From Patescibacteria group bacterium (GTDB lineage: Bacteria; Patescibacteriota; Patescibacteriia; Patescibacteriales; UBA12465), in NCBI GenBank assembly GCA_041650715.1, contig JBAZKQ010000001.1:659913-723912 (forward strand): a DNA stretch of 64,000 nt. Reading direction: 5' to 3'. This document shows positions 63,907 to 64,000 of the stretch, one piece after another; position 1 is the first letter of the stretch; each line of letters begins with the position of its first letter. A program made the position numbers and the translations under genes. The notes beneath the pieces were generated by a model. It ran no database searches. It saw only the letters and a list, made by a program, of their open reading frames with translations, and was not told the origin of the DNA.

Positions 63907-64000
63907 ATGGAACAGATAAGAATCCACGGCCGCGGCGGCCAAGGGGTGGTTACGGCGGCAGAACTTATTGCCGTCGCCGCTTTTTACGAAGGCTTTGAGT
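63907..64000 (+). CDS. 2-oxoacid:ferredoxin oxidoreductase gamma subunit, 5' fragment (continues past the window end)
   Basis: My translation [31 protein letters not shown] carries the GRGGQG signature of POR/KOR gamma subunits. Confidence 0.65.
   Translation, partial: MEQIRIHGRGGQGVVTAAELIAVAAFYEGFE

Noticed and set aside
1-64000. Looked for CRISPR arrays, rRNA genes, transposases, integrases, reverse transcriptases (DGR/retron) and UGA/UAG recoding.
   Set aside because: I saw no regularly spaced 25-40-bp repeats and no recognisable IS, integrase or RT motifs in any translation. Long ORFs close normally under the standard bacterial code, so nothing suggests an alternative code.

Overview
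This is a gene-dense, AT-rich bacterial window coded mostly on the minus strand. All calls come from reading motifs in the supplied translations and the DNA; no searches were run. The gene content fits a small-genome Patescibacteria/CPR-like (Parcubacteria-type) organism, which is inference only. That content includes a secretin-less type IV pilus operon, ComFC, FemAB, a ThrS that starts at the editing domain, many membrane-anchored hypotheticals and a 2748-aa surface protein.

Layout:
- 1-2657: 5' part of a long secreted GNVGIGT-repeat protein that is missing from the ORF track.
- 2751-14371: type IV pilus operon (pilM/N/O, pilB, pilC, major pilin, four minor pilin-like genes, a 479-aa Cys-rich secreted protein), with ybeY and a FemAB gene embedded.
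- 14467-24209: housekeeping and miscellaneous genes (comFC, T-box-led thrS, a thioredoxin-like/CxxC membrane pair, rpsD, pduL).
- 24357-28401: AT-rich accessory islet (methyltransferase, HExxH protein, GNAT remnant, Fic, P-loop kinase). It ends at tRNA-Ser(GCU), which is surrounded by GC-rich hairpin modules and partial copies of the tRNA ends.
- 29012-33582: tRNA-Arg(GCG), recG and radA.
- 33611-43306: an operon with a VirB4-like ATPase, a PrgI/VirB3-like protein and an 899-aa VirB6-like membrane protein plus unrecognisable partners. No relaxase or coupling protein is visible. It runs straight into radA.
- 43443-49739: accessory surface and lipoprotein genes with near-consensus promoters.
- 49871-58765: the 2748-aa Cys-rich giant protein, with a thrombospondin-type-3-repeat protein just upstream.
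- 58806-64000: rsmA, leuS, xth, a DsbA-like gene and the start of a 2-oxoacid:ferredoxin oxidoreductase gamma subunit.

Best candidates for something new: the relaxase-less T4SS-like operon, the giant protein with its recurring C-x6-C module, the tRNA-Ser-associated GC-rich modules, and a 120-nt rod hairpin upstream of leuS. No CRISPR array, rRNA, transposase or integrase was seen.
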